DNA of 64,000 nt. It comes from Savitreella phatthalungensis (lineage: Eukaryota). Below the pieces are notes generated by a model. That model saw only the letters and a program-made list of their open reading frames with translations, was not told the origin of the DNA and did no database searches. Of this stretch, positions 10,923 through 21,210 are shown piece by piece (position 1 is the stretch's first letter; every line of letters starts with the position of its first letter). Location: NCBI GenBank assembly GCA_051599415.1, contig AP039695.1, positions 310,001-374,000 of the forward strand, in the 5' to 3' direction. The position numbers were made by a program, and so were the translations under genes.

Positions 10923-13784
10923 ATGTCAGAGTCTGCTCAACGCTCCTTGCCTGGCAAGGCAGCGGCAGAACTCTCAATAGCTCTCGTTGATGATGTCTTT
11001 GGTCCAAACGTGGCAGCAGTCGCTAGAGCCTTGCTCTTCTACGGCCGTGGCGACATACGCACCATCGTATCGCAATCACACCTCTCCATCAAGCTCGTCA
11101 AGCACGCACTCGTCGTCCTTCTCCAGCATAGAATCGTTCAAGCACTCACGCCCCTGTCAGCCGGCGCATTTGACACAGACTTTCTCGGAAAGACACACTA
11201 TGTGATCGACTGGCGGCACTGCATCCACTTGGCACGCGCAGGTAAAGTCATCTGGTGGATCTCAAAAATACTTCCAGGCAGGGATTCCGGAGCTATCTCG
11301 TATGCTGCCGCAATCGTCAAGTACGTGTTACTCCAGGGCAGATGCCGTGTCGATGATATTTGGGCTGCCTTGCTACCTGCTGACGACAAGTCCTCTGATG
11401 CACTCCTCCTGGCTCACCAGCTCAACGACGCTCTCGTCAATCTTGTCAAGCGCGGTTTCCTTCGCCCGGTGACGGAATTCGACCTTACACCAGAACACGA
11501 TCTATATGAACGAACATACGCAGAGATCGCAAGACCTGAGCCACCACCGCAGACTATCTTGCCAGGAGATACGATAAAGGTCGAACATTCGGAGCAAGGG
11601 GATGAGACTGCAGCCATGAGCGAGCAAGCGAGGCGTGCAGAGCGACTCCGTCAGTTCCAGAGCGAAAAGGCTGACTTCAAGTCTGACGCCGAGAAGAAGA
11701 GATTCTTCGACCAGTGGACGAAAGACATTATGCAGGACTTGCGTACAGAGCATCAAAAGAATGGATTATATCTGATTCATGGCACCGATCCGGCCATCGC
11801 AGAGCTGGAAAATCAACAGAGCAAGCGGCAATCTTCAGAGAGTGTCATCAACGGCGACAAACGATCGACAAAACGCCGTAAAGGCCCACGTGGTACAGCA
11901 GAGCCGGTCTATGATGCAGTCCAGACGTTATTGGCTCAGCACGGATTGTTTGTCCAGCGCAGTTGTACTGTTCGATTCAATTACGACAAGATCCTCGTTC
12001 TCGAGCGAAATGAGGCACTGATCCACCTCTGCCGCGAACGTCACGGCGACGCCGTCGCAGAGGTTTTCGCTGCTGTGCTCAGCATCATCGAGCCCAAGCT
12101 TTCTGACTGTGACCAATGGGAAATCGACCCCGTCACTACCGTTCAGGTGCTTCGCAAGCTGGTTCCCACGATTGATCTGGTCACCATGTGGGAAGATGCT
12201 GATCAATTACGCGAGGAAGAGGCTCAGCTACGAGATCAGACAGATCGCGCATCTGTCGGCAGCCGAAAGCGTAAGCGCGCTCACAGCCTGTCAGACTCTG
12301 GCGAAAGCTCTTCCGAGGTCGACGACCACGGCGAGGCGTCGAAGAGGCGCGGCCGGAAGTCGAAAACAAGGTCAAAGCGCCACAGTCGCAGCCAATCAGA
12401 AGACTCGGCCGATGATAGCGATCGGGCTTCTACACGCCGACGACGACGCCGCAGGCGACGTCACGACAGTGTCACCGAATCTGAGAGCGAGTCGGACGAA
12501 GACGACAGGCGATCCCACCGTCATAGTAAGCGTGGTCGGAAATCTGCATCTTCGTCCAAACGCAGCTCACGTGCATCTTCTCGGAGCTCGCGTCACCGCA
12601 GCCAGCACTCACGTCGTAGCCGGTCCAGCAGCGAGAGCACTGAGCATTCGAGCGACAGCCAATCTGACGATCATCGGTCTCGTCGTTCTGGCAAAAGCCG
12701 CCGTTCGAACGGCTCAAGATCAGGCAAACGTCATTCGCGAAAAGGCGCACGAAGTATGAGCAAAAAGTCGAGCTCTTCACGTCGAAGACATCGATCACGA
12801 GACGACAACCACAGTCACACAGACGGATCAGACTCGGAGAGCGACTCTTCTGATGACGACTCGAGAGACGAAAGTGAAAGCGGCGAAAGTGACGACTCCG
12901 ATCATCTTCGCAACGGCCACGGCCGTAACAAGCGGTCGCAATCCTTCGACCGCGACTTTGACCCCGACGAGGCACGAGAACTACGTCAATCGAGCCTGCG
13001 CATCCGGCTGATTGATCGAGTTCTGGACCTGCTCGCCGCTGACTCGACCTTCAAATTCGTCGAGCGGGTAGGTGAGCCTATTGAGACTGAGTCTAACCAC
13101 CGTCATAACGTGACAGCCACAATCAGTAGCGCCTGGCGCGTCGATCTTCCCGGACTGACCAAGACACTCGCGTCGTTCGAGGTCGAGCGGCACGTGACGA
13201 GCATTTCCGGCACGGCCGCGGGAGACATCGATCTGAGGCTGTTGCGGTGTGTGCGCGCAAACGAGAAGATCGACGAAAAGCAATTGGCGACGCAGTGCCT
13301 GATGACCTCGGCAGACGTCCGTCAGAGACTCACGGGCCTCCATCAGCAGGGCATCCTCCAACTACAGGAGGTTCCGAAGCGCCAAGACAGACAGCCGTCC
13401 ACGACATTCTACCTGTGGTGGTACGACGAGGAGCGCGCAGAACGGCGGCTGGCCGATGTCGACGTCATGCGAGCCTTGGCTAGGACGCAAGATCGACTTG
13501 CCTCTTTTCTCAACGATGACGAGCACGTCAGACTCGTCAGGAAGGCAGAGCGGACTGACGCAGCAGCAGCAGCAGAAGACGATTCTTCCACTCCTCCTAG
13601 CATAACTTCCGATCGCCACACTAACACCACCACCCTCACCACCAACGGCAGCGCCTTGACCTTGTCTGTCGACGAGCTGAAGCGCCTGGCGAGAGATCGA
13701 GCGATTGAAAGGTTGCTACGAGCGCAGTTGATCAGGTTGCTGAGAAGCTACGATGTCCTGACACGGTTTGGAAGGGCTCAGTGA
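10923..13784 (+). CDS. RPC82: RNA polymerase III subunit C82/RPC3, with long low-complexity insertion
   Basis: N-terminal winged-helix region (DVFGPNVAAVARALLFYGR...VKHALVVLLQHRIV) and C-terminal KIDEKQLATQCLM...LQLQEVPKRQDRQPSTTFYLW. Confidence 0.9.
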   Translation: MSESAQRSLPGKAAAELSIALVDDVFGPNVAAVARALLFYGRGDIRTIVSQSHLSIKLVKHALVVLLQHRIVQALTPLSAGAFDTDFLGKTHYVIDWRHCIHLARAGKVIWWISKILPGRDSGAISYAAAIVKYVLLQGRCRVDDIWAALLPADDKSSDALLLAHQLNDALVNLVKRGFLRPVTEFDLTPEHDLYERTYAEIARPEPPPQTILPGDTIKVEHSEQGDETAAMSEQARRAERLRQFQSEKADFKSDAEKKRFFDQWTKDIMQDLRTEHQKNGLYLIHGTDPAIAELENQQSKRQSSESVINGDKRSTKRRKGPRGTAEPVYDAVQTLLAQHGLFVQRSCTVRFNYDKILVLERNEALIHLCRERHGDAVAEVFAAVLSIIEPKLSDCDQWEIDPVTTVQVLRKLVPTIDLVTMWEDADQLREEEAQLRDQTDRASVGSRKRKRAHSLSDSGESSSEVDDHGEASKRRGRKSKTRSKRHSRSQSEDSADDSDRASTRRRRRRRRRHDSVTESESESDEDDRRSHRHSKRGRKSASSSKRSSRASSRSSRHRSQHSRRSRSSSESTEHSSDSQSDDHRSRRSGKSRRSNGSRSGKRHSRKGARSMSKKSSSSRRRHRSRDDNHSHTDGSDSESDSSDDDSRDESESGESDDSDHLRNGHGRNKRSQSFDRDFDPDEARELRQSSLRIRLIDRVLDLLAADSTFKFVERVGEPIETESNHRHNVTATISSAWRVDLPGLTKTLASFEVERHVTSISGTAAGDIDLRLLRCVRANEKIDEKQLATQCLMTSADVRQRLTGLHQQGILQLQEVPKRQDRQPSTTFYLWWYDEERAERRLADVDVMRALARTQDRLASFLNDDEHVRLVRKAERTDAAAAAEDDSSTPPSITSDRHTNTTTLTTNGSALTLSVDELKRLARDRAIERLLRAQLIRLLRSYDVLTRFGRAQ

Positions 13785-13948
13785 GAAATGATTCGGTCAT
13801 AGATAAATGGGTTTCAAGGATGCGCACAGGTTATCTGAAAAGAGAAGAAGAAGATAGTAAGTGGACTTGCTACTTTATACCTGTCAGGTTTCCCGATCGA
13901 AGAATTGTGGATCGAGTTGTGATTTTGTGTGAACGGGAGACTGCTTTT

Positions 13949-14979
13949 TTACGGCTTGGCTGCTGCGGTGACGGAAGCGGCCGAGGCGATCACTTGAGGT
14001 GCACGGCCTGGGAGGTGGCGAAGGATGCGCTGAGCCTCGAGGAACAGACGTTCCTTGAAGCCGAAGAGGAGGGCGGCTGTGAGGACGGACTGGAGGAGCT
14101 TGGCCTCGATACCCTTGTATAGTCCAGGAACTCCCTCGTCCCGCATAATCTTCCGCAAACCACCGAGCATGGACGTATACCTGTCGCCTTCAACGCTAGC
14201 CGACTGGCGGAGCTGCATGCGAGCCTTCAGGGTGATGTACGGGTAGGTAGAGCCTGTAGCGACAAGCTTGCCGAGGGCGCCGAGCAGGAAGGCGTCCCAG
14301 GCGGTCAATTTCCGGCCGCGCTCGATCATGTTCTTCAACTGCTCGAAGATGGTGTACTGGATGACCGGGTTGATGACGAGAATCAGCGCTGGCGCCACTC
14401 CCGCCCACAAGGCAGATACGCCTTCCTCTGCAATCAGCGACTTGAGCGTCGCCAGCGTGCCGAGCGGCTTCTTCACCTCCGCCGGCCGGGCGGCTGCATT
14501 CGGGTTTGCCTCGACCTCCTCCTTCCGTGCGGTCACGCGCGTGTTGACGACCCAGATCGGGTTGGTGACAATCACGGTGGCAGAGCCTGCAAGCATGCCA
14601 GCCAGCATCGACTCAGCCGTCGTCAGCCCACCCTTTCCAGGCAACTTGCGAGCTTTCTCCAGCAGCTCCTTTGACAGCTCGTAGAAGTAGTAGTACACAC
14701 CGTTCGTGACGCCGATACCGAACAGGGCGGACTGCAGGCCAGTGTAAAGTCCGGAGATGCCTTCGCGCTCGAGAATACGACGGACGGCTTCTAGCTGGGA
14801 TGCATGAACCTTCTTCACCTCCACCTGCGCGCGGGTCGAGAGGGTGATGAGCGGGTAGGTGACGATCATGGCACCGATGCCGCCGAGGGCACCAGAGAGA
14901 GCATGAGCAACGCTGTCCGTGCGTCAGTACGTCTGTCGTGAGGTTTCATCAGGAAGCAGAGAACTTACTTCTCAGACAT
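13949..14979 (-). CDS. Peroxisomal adenine-nucleotide/cofactor carrier (SLC25A17/PMP47-like); exons 14979-14969, 14912-13949
   Basis: Intron 14968-14913 (GTAAGT...TACTGAC...CAG) gives MSENVAHALSGALGGIGAMIVTYPL; three carrier repeats (TYPLITLSTR, TNPIWVVNTR, TYPYITLKAR). Confidence 0.9.
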
Positions 14980-15162
14980 AGTGAAATATCTATATAGTCC
15001 TCAGAGTGAAAGAGTGTCACAAGATGAGGTCGTGTATTTTATTGTTGTCACCGGTGCGTGAAGGATCCTCGGTCTGCGCCCGGTGAAGGAAGGATCTGGG
15101 ATTGATTGGGAGAGATAGAGTGCGTCAGAGAGCAAGGACTGTCACGTACAATGACAGTGTAA

Positions 15163-15240
15163 GTGTGTGCGTGAGTGTGTGCGTGAGTGTGTGCGTGAGT
15201 GAGTATGTAGGTGAGTGCGTAGGTGTGTGTGCGTGTGTAT
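15163..15240. repeat. GTGTGTGCGTGA x3 plus degenerate (GT)-rich tract
   Basis: Directly visible tandem 12-mers upstream of the carrier gene. Confidence 0.85.
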
Positions 15241-15396
15241 GTCCACAGGTGTGAATGAGGCTGCTGCGGCTCGGCGTCTCTGGTGCAGATGCTAGCGTCC
15301 TCGGTAGGGTAGGTGGTAGTGATGGTGATTGACGTGAATCCTGATCCTCCTTGGACCAAAGGGTGGTCTCACTGACTATGAGTGAATGTGATTGTT

Positions 15397-15420
15397 AGCC
15401 TGAGCCTGAGCCTGAGCCTG
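15397..15420. repeat. (AGCCTG)4 tandem repeat
   Basis: agcctgagcctgagcctgagcctg. Confidence 0.9.
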
Positions 15421-15610
15421 CTGAATCTCAGGTAACCCTTTGCTCCGGAGAAAGTTGGTGTGGGGAAGCGGAAGCAGAATAGCCTAGGTAAATTTCAAAC
15501 TGTAGAATAAAGCCCTTTGAACAATCAATGCACTGAGTGCTCTCACTTAGCATTTCAATATATACTATCAATATTAAATTATCTCTGAGCCTGCTCGGCA
15601 ACGTTATAGC

Positions 15611-15634
15611 GCATGCATGCATGCATGCATGCAT
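15611..15634. repeat. (GCAT)6 self-complementary microsatellite
   Basis: gcatgcatgcatgcatgcatgcat. Confidence 0.9.
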
Positions 15635-16267
15635 TCAAATTGAGAAGAGGAAAACAGATGATCCAGATTATCTCAATTCAGTACTGATCAAGGGGGTCAA
15701 TCAAAAATGAATTATAGAAAGCATTATTATTCAGTCCGGCGAATATATACGCTGCATCTCCGACTTGACATGGAATTTCAGAACCGAGCGAGCCTCGGCT
15801 CATCATTGATCAATGATGCATATGTAGCCTGTAGACGACGGCTGGTGTGCATGACTTGAGTTCTTTAATTGAGAACGTGAGTGCTACACTAGGAAGATTT
15901 CTGAAGATGCACGATCGAGGTAATTTGGAAAAGCACGAGTATTCCGACTCAACAAATCCTATGGGATATTCCAACCTGATGCTCTCAACCTCTGTGCGTA
16001 CATGAGAAGCATCCGATTCGAAGAGCTATCATATTGTGAATGAGCACGAGATTCTATCCTCTGCAAAGCGATCGAGTTCGGTCGTCAGACCAGATCGAGC
16101 AGTGGGGAATAGTGGTTTGGATTTCGCTTTCTGTGGAAATTAGGTATAGTCATTTTGTACAGGATACACAGAAAGATCATCTACAGTCACTCATCCTGAA
16201 GCCATGACACCTGGCACATATGCCGTATGATCGTCATTCCTCCATCTCCATTCCGGTATTCTATATT

Positions 16268-17338
16268 TTACACTTTCGAATCCCGTGCAAACGTGCTCGC
16301 CACCAACAATGGAAAGACGAAAGATGCGTCCGCATACACCTTGACACTTTCAGCATCACCTCGTAACTTTCCCCAGCTGACGCTCTCGTCCGGCCTGGCG
16401 CCAGAGTCACTGCCATCAAATTCTTGACCTGTATTGCAATATACTGCATAATCAGCACCGTTGCGCATCAGGTTGGCATTGGAGATGTGATGTTTCACGA
16501 CGCCGCCACCGAGTATAATCATTCCCGTACGTGCTGCACGCACTGCCAAGGTGTTGATCCTGCGAATGTCAGCCGCAATATCGACCACCAAACCCGGATT
16601 CTTGAACGAGTGGAAATAGATCATGTCTCCTAATGACCCATCCGTCAAAGCCGGGCAGAAGACGGGAATGTCATTCCTCGCGGCCCAGTAGAGTACTGAT
16701 GAATCGTCGTTGATCTTTAGACCGAGTCTGCGGATAATATCGCTCGGGGTGAAGAATGCGGCGTCCTCACCATCGCTGCGTTGCCTCGACTTCTGTTCAG
16801 CCAAAAGCTCGTCGAGGATAGGTACAACCCAGTCTTCGAATTTGCAGTAGTTGTCATTGGGAACGAGTAAGTTGCCTATCCGGTTGAGACCCTTTGCTCG
16901 GAGCGACTTGCCATCGAGATCAAACGCGCCAAGGTACGTAGGGCCGAGGCATTTGATGAGGTCCTCCTCAATCCCTCCAGCAGTCGTCACCAGGCATGAG
17001 ACGTGCTTGTGCTGGACGAGATATCGGATGCTCTCGCGCACTCCCGAAGATATTAGATTGGACGTGTAGCCGAGGAAGATGGTTGTGCGCGCGTCCGGCT
17101 TTTCCGGATCATCCGAACGCCAGATACGCATGTGATCGATAATGTCCGCTGCCTTTGCGATGCTAGATGCCTGGAAGCCGGTCGTGCGGAATGATTCGAC
17201 AAGCTGGGCGACTGTGATCTCAGACGATATTGTGGCAAAGTCTAGGCCCTGCACTTTGACTGCGTCAGAAGGCATGGGCTCAGACGCCACCAGAACAGCT
17301 TCCGCAGCCTTGTCACGATCGCCCTGAGGCACAGACAT
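16268..17338 (-). CDS. DYS1: Deoxyhypusine synthase
   Basis: [74 protein letters not shown] (active-site Lys). Confidence 0.98.
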   Translation of the reverse strand: MSVPQGDRDKAAEAVLVASEPMPSDAVKVQGLDFATISSEITVAQLVESFRTTGFQASSIAKAADIIDHMRIWRSDDPEKPDARTTIFLGYTSNLISSGVRESIRYLVQHKHVSCLVTTAGGIEEDLIKCLGPTYLGAFDLDGKSLRAKGLNRIGNLLVPNDNYCKFEDWVVPILDELLAEQKSRQRSDGEDAAFFTPSDIIRRLGLKINDDSSVLYWAARNDIPVFCPALTDGSLGDMIYFHSFKNPGLVVDIAADIRRINTLAVRAARTGMIILGGGVVKHHISNANLMRNGADYAVYCNTGQEFDGSDSGARPDESVSWGKLRGDAESVKVYADASFVFPLLVASTFARDSKV

Positions 17339-18428
17339 ATCCAGAGAGCTCGAAGATTTGACAATCGAACGAGTACTTTATTGTCAGCCCGTCAGCCTGA
17401 AATAGGGCGTACGTGTCCCCCTGCTGCTCTCGTTTCCTTCTCTTGTTCACTTTCTAGAGCTTCGTTGAGCTGAAGCTATGCAAGGGTAGCATCTACCCTG
17501 ATCTAGCCTTCTGCGTGGTGCAGCAACAGGCACGGGAAGTGTTTTTGTGCATTTTTGTTTTGGGACCGATCGATTGATCTGTGCTTGTGATTGTGATCGA
17601 TATGATCGATATCTATCATATATGGAACGGAATTTGATTTCAGATTTATCCTTTGAGGAATAATCATGCAGTCAGTCGACCATCAATAATTCCGAATTAA
17701 CACTTTGTGTAATCGTGGAAATTGATGAATTCGAGTGCGTCCAAATTTATATCCACCCGAACAGGGACGGATCTATCATGGCAAATTTTGACGACGACAC
17801 AATATACCTTACAAACCAAATTGCCGTTCGTATAAAATTCACGGCTGCTCTATGAAGCATGCATTTGTAAACTGCAGATCTCGTTCGAATGACGTAAAAA
17901 TTATACACATCGTAATTACCTCTGTGAAGTTCAATGGAATTCTCAAGCTATACAACTCGAATCATCTTCACTTACAACGACGTACTCCAGACAATTACTG
18001 CCTGAATTGCCTCCTGATAACTCAGAGATTAGATTCTCTTGTCTCCTTCTAGGAAAATCATATTTGAGATTTCCATTGCGGCTACAACGGCAATCAATCA
18101 ATCAATCTATCAATGTACAGTAATGTCACAAGACCCAATGCAGCAGCTAGCTGCACAACAGGAAAAATCGCATCGCCTCAGTAACACTGTACTGGAATCG
18201 TAACTCTAAGTAGTGAAGTCCATCATCGAGAACAACATCGCACTTCATTTCGAGGTGACATCTTCTAGGGCTTACTTCGCCCTGCAATCACCCCGCGGTC
18301 CTTTAGAAAAGAAAAGAGATCGGCTACATGGCACATTGTGCAAAAGTCGCGTGACCTCGCAGTACCAAGATGGCATGTATCCTTGTTTGCAACTGGTAAC
18401 AATCTAGCCAGGTAAGCTTACAGGACCC

Positions 18429-21047
18429 ATGGGACGCCCGGGAGACTTGTTCCTGAAGGTACGTGCAGGCGTGCGTGAAGACCCGACACTCGCATGGATA
18501 GGCAGGCACACCAAGACCGCAGCCAAAGAGCTTCCCTATACAATACCTGGCTGGCTGCTGGATCGTGTGCCCGTCGTCCGCTGGTTGCCCCGCTACAAGT
18601 GGCGGCAATGGACTATATGGGATTTAGTCGCCGGCCTGACAGTCGGGCTCATGCTAGTTCCACAGAGCATAGCTTACGCGTCAGTCGCAGATCTGCCCGT
18701 CCAGTATGGTCTCTTCGCAGCATATCTTCCCCCGATCATATACGCTGTGACTGGAACCAGCAAGGATCTGACAGTAGGGCCGACTGCTGTTGTGTCGCTC
18801 CTCACAGCAGAGACCATCAGGTCTTTACCTAATCAAAACGCTGTCACGGTCGCCTTGGCACTTGCCTTCATGGTCGGAGTGTACAGTCTTGCGCTCGGCC
18901 TGCTTCATCTTGGTATTATTCTGGACTTCTTCAGCGGTGGCGTGCTATCTGGGTACACCTCCGGTGCTGCCGTCGTCATCGCAGTCCAGCAAGTGCCGAA
19001 GATTCTCGGTCAAAAACACGTCTCCACGCAAGGTAAGGTCGGAACAATCATCCACAGGATTCTCGTGAATCTTGGCCATTGCAACGGTCGCGACATTGCA
19101 TTCAGCATAGGGTCTTTCATCGCACTCATATCCCTACAAAAGCTCGGTCAAAAGCTCGGCTCCGGCAACACAGCGCCGCGTAAGATGATATGGTTCATTG
19201 GCATTGCCCGCAATACAATAGTCGTCATCATCTTTACCGCCATTTCGTACGCCCTGAATAAGGATAGGCGCAGTCATCCCCTCATCAGCATCATTGGCAA
19301 CGTGCCCAAAGGCTTGCATAAGCCTGCTGTTCCCGACCTTTCGCTCTTATCGACGTTGGCTGGCAAAGCTGTGACTGTATTTCTGGCCGCAGTACTCGAG
19401 CACATGGCCATCGGCAAGGCATTTGCTCGTCGTGACGGGGTCGAGCTCGACTTCTCGCAAGAACTCGTGTCGCTCGGTCTGTGTAATATCATCAGCAGTT
19501 TCTTCGGCAGTTTTCCGGTAACCGGATCATTCTCGAGGACGGCGGTCAATCGCCAGAGTGGCAGCAAGAGTCCTCTATCTGGCCTGCTGTGCTCTGTAAT
19601 CGTCATCATTAGTGTTGAATTCGTCACGCCGGCATTCTTCTGGATACCCAGCTCAACGCTTGGGGTCGTAATCTTCCTCGCGGTGATTCAGCTCATCGCG
19701 AGTCCCAAGGTGTTCTACCAATTATGGCGCATCTCATTCTGGGACTTCGTTGCATCTCAACTCGCGCTGTGGCTCACGATCTTCTACTCTGTCGAGGTAG
19801 GTATATTGACGGCTGTCGGCTTCTCACTCGTGGTGATGCTCTGGCGAATTGCTCGACCAAAGGTGCGTACACTTGGTAAGCTGGTAGGTGTGGATGAAGA
19901 ATCGCAAACGTTGGCTACGTCTAGGACTGAGGGTATTTATGCGGATCTGGACGACGTCAGGTCGCAGCCACAACGATTCGACACGATTCCTGGCATCATG
20001 GTCCTGCGTCTCGAAGAATCCCTCGTATTCAGCAATCATCGCTTTGTGGCCAACACAATCATGAATCGCATCTACGCGAATACGTCCGGAAATTTGACCA
20101 GCTCGGCGCAGACCTTCAATTCGACCCTCGAAGAGCGCGTCATGGCTGCCCGCAGACGGGCTGGCACAATCTTCGAATCTGATCATTTGCCACCGCTTCG
20201 CGCTCTAGTCCTCGATTTCTCAGCTGTGAATCATCTGGATTCTGCCGGCTTGCAATGCTTGTACGATTTGCGAGCTCACCTGAGCGACTACGCGAGTGTC
20301 GATGCATTCGAGCTGCATTTCGTTTGCGTACACAAGTCCGTTCTACGGATCATGGAGCTTGCGGACATCGTTAATCCAATCGATCGGCCGGAACGTGCTC
20401 CGCCAGCACAAACAATTGCCGAGACGACAATCATCCGCAAGTCACAGAGGTCGAACAGTCGGGCATCCCTGAGCAGGACCACATCAAACAAGACCGGTCG
20501 AGAATGGAATAATCCCGACCGGCCCAGCGCAACACCGCTTGTAGAGGGCGTTGGCCTGTCCGTCGGCCTGACTAATTCTCTTCCAGACCTATCGAGAGCG
20601 CAACATGCTTCATGTCGAGCCTCACCAGGTGGCGAATCGCATGAGGAAGGTTCTTCAGGCATGACCAAAAGACGTCGGACTTCGGTCTTGCGAGCGCTTC
20701 GCGATCGACCAATCCTGCCTAGGTTGTTATCGAACAAAGGGAATAGCAGACGAGATGAACCTGCGAGCGACAGCGAGAGCGCCACTTCAAATGAAGGTTC
20801 AGGCGAGAATGATGTCTCGAAAAGAGCTGTGATACATGACCGAACTCGTGCTTTCCTCGATCTGTCCGCAGAGAAATTCTTCGTTCACCTGTCTATCGAC
20901 CGCGCCATCCAGGTTGTTGAAGCCAGGCTGGCGACTCGATCGCAGACAACCGGAGCATGGTCCTCCGCAACATCAACACCGCTCGGAAGCGCTTCTGACA
21001 TGGGTCTTGCAGGCAAGACACCAGATGATGTATCAAACAGAGCGTAG
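18429..21047 (+). CDS. SulP/SLC26 sulfate (anion) transporter with STAS domain
   Basis: DLVAGLTVGLMLVPQSIAYA, GTSKDLTVGPTAV, GSFSRTAVN, STAS motif LVLDFSAVNHLDSAGLQ. Confidence 0.95.
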   Translation: MGRPGDLFLKVRAGVREDPTLAWIGRHTKTAAKELPYTIPGWLLDRVPVVRWLPRYKWRQWTIWDLVAGLTVGLMLVPQSIAYASVADLPVQYGLFAAYLPPIIYAVTGTSKDLTVGPTAVVSLLTAETIRSLPNQNAVTVALALAFMVGVYSLALGLLHLGIILDFFSGGVLSGYTSGAAVVIAVQQVPKILGQKHVSTQGKVGTIIHRILVNLGHCNGRDIAFSIGSFIALISLQKLGQKLGSGNTAPRKMIWFIGIARNTIVVIIFTAISYALNKDRRSHPLISIIGNVPKGLHKPAVPDLSLLSTLAGKAVTVFLAAVLEHMAIGKAFARRDGVELDFSQELVSLGLCNIISSFFGSFPVTGSFSRTAVNRQSGSKSPLSGLLCSVIVIISVEFVTPAFFWIPSSTLGVVIFLAVIQLIASPKVFYQLWRISFWDFVASQLALWLTIFYSVEVGILTAVGFSLVVMLWRIARPKVRTLGKLVGVDEESQTLATSRTEGIYADLDDVRSQPQRFDTIPGIMVLRLEESLVFSNHRFVANTIMNRIYANTSGNLTSSAQTFNSTLEERVMAARRRAGTIFESDHLPPLRALVLDFSAVNHLDSAGLQCLYDLRAHLSDYASVDAFELHFVCVHKSVLRIMELADIVNPIDRPERAPPAQTIAETTIIRKSQRSNSRASLSRTTSNKTGREWNNPDRPSATPLVEGVGLSVGLTNSLPDLSRAQHASCRASPGGESHEEGSSGMTKRRRTSVLRALRDRPILPRLLSNKGNSRRDEPASDSESATSNEGSGENDVSKRAVIHDRTRAFLDLSAEKFFVHLSIDRAIQVVEARLATRSQTTGAWSSATSTPLGSASDMGLAGKTPDDVSNRA

Positions 21048-21210
21048 ATCAGAACTGACTTGGAAGGACAGCGTGTACAGCACGACGACGCACTACATTG
21101 CAGATGAGCGGCGCCACACATGAGTCCATTCGTTTCGTGCTTTGTACAAAATGACCATTTCTACACCATCTGTCGACGTAAGATCTGACAGTTGAGAGTC
21201 AAGAGAATTT

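Noticed and set aside
16268..16279. DYS1 C-terminal SKV as a peroxisomal PTS1 next to a peroxisomal carrier gene
   Set aside because: Non-canonical tripeptide preceded by Asp; the enzyme is known as cytosolic; no other support.
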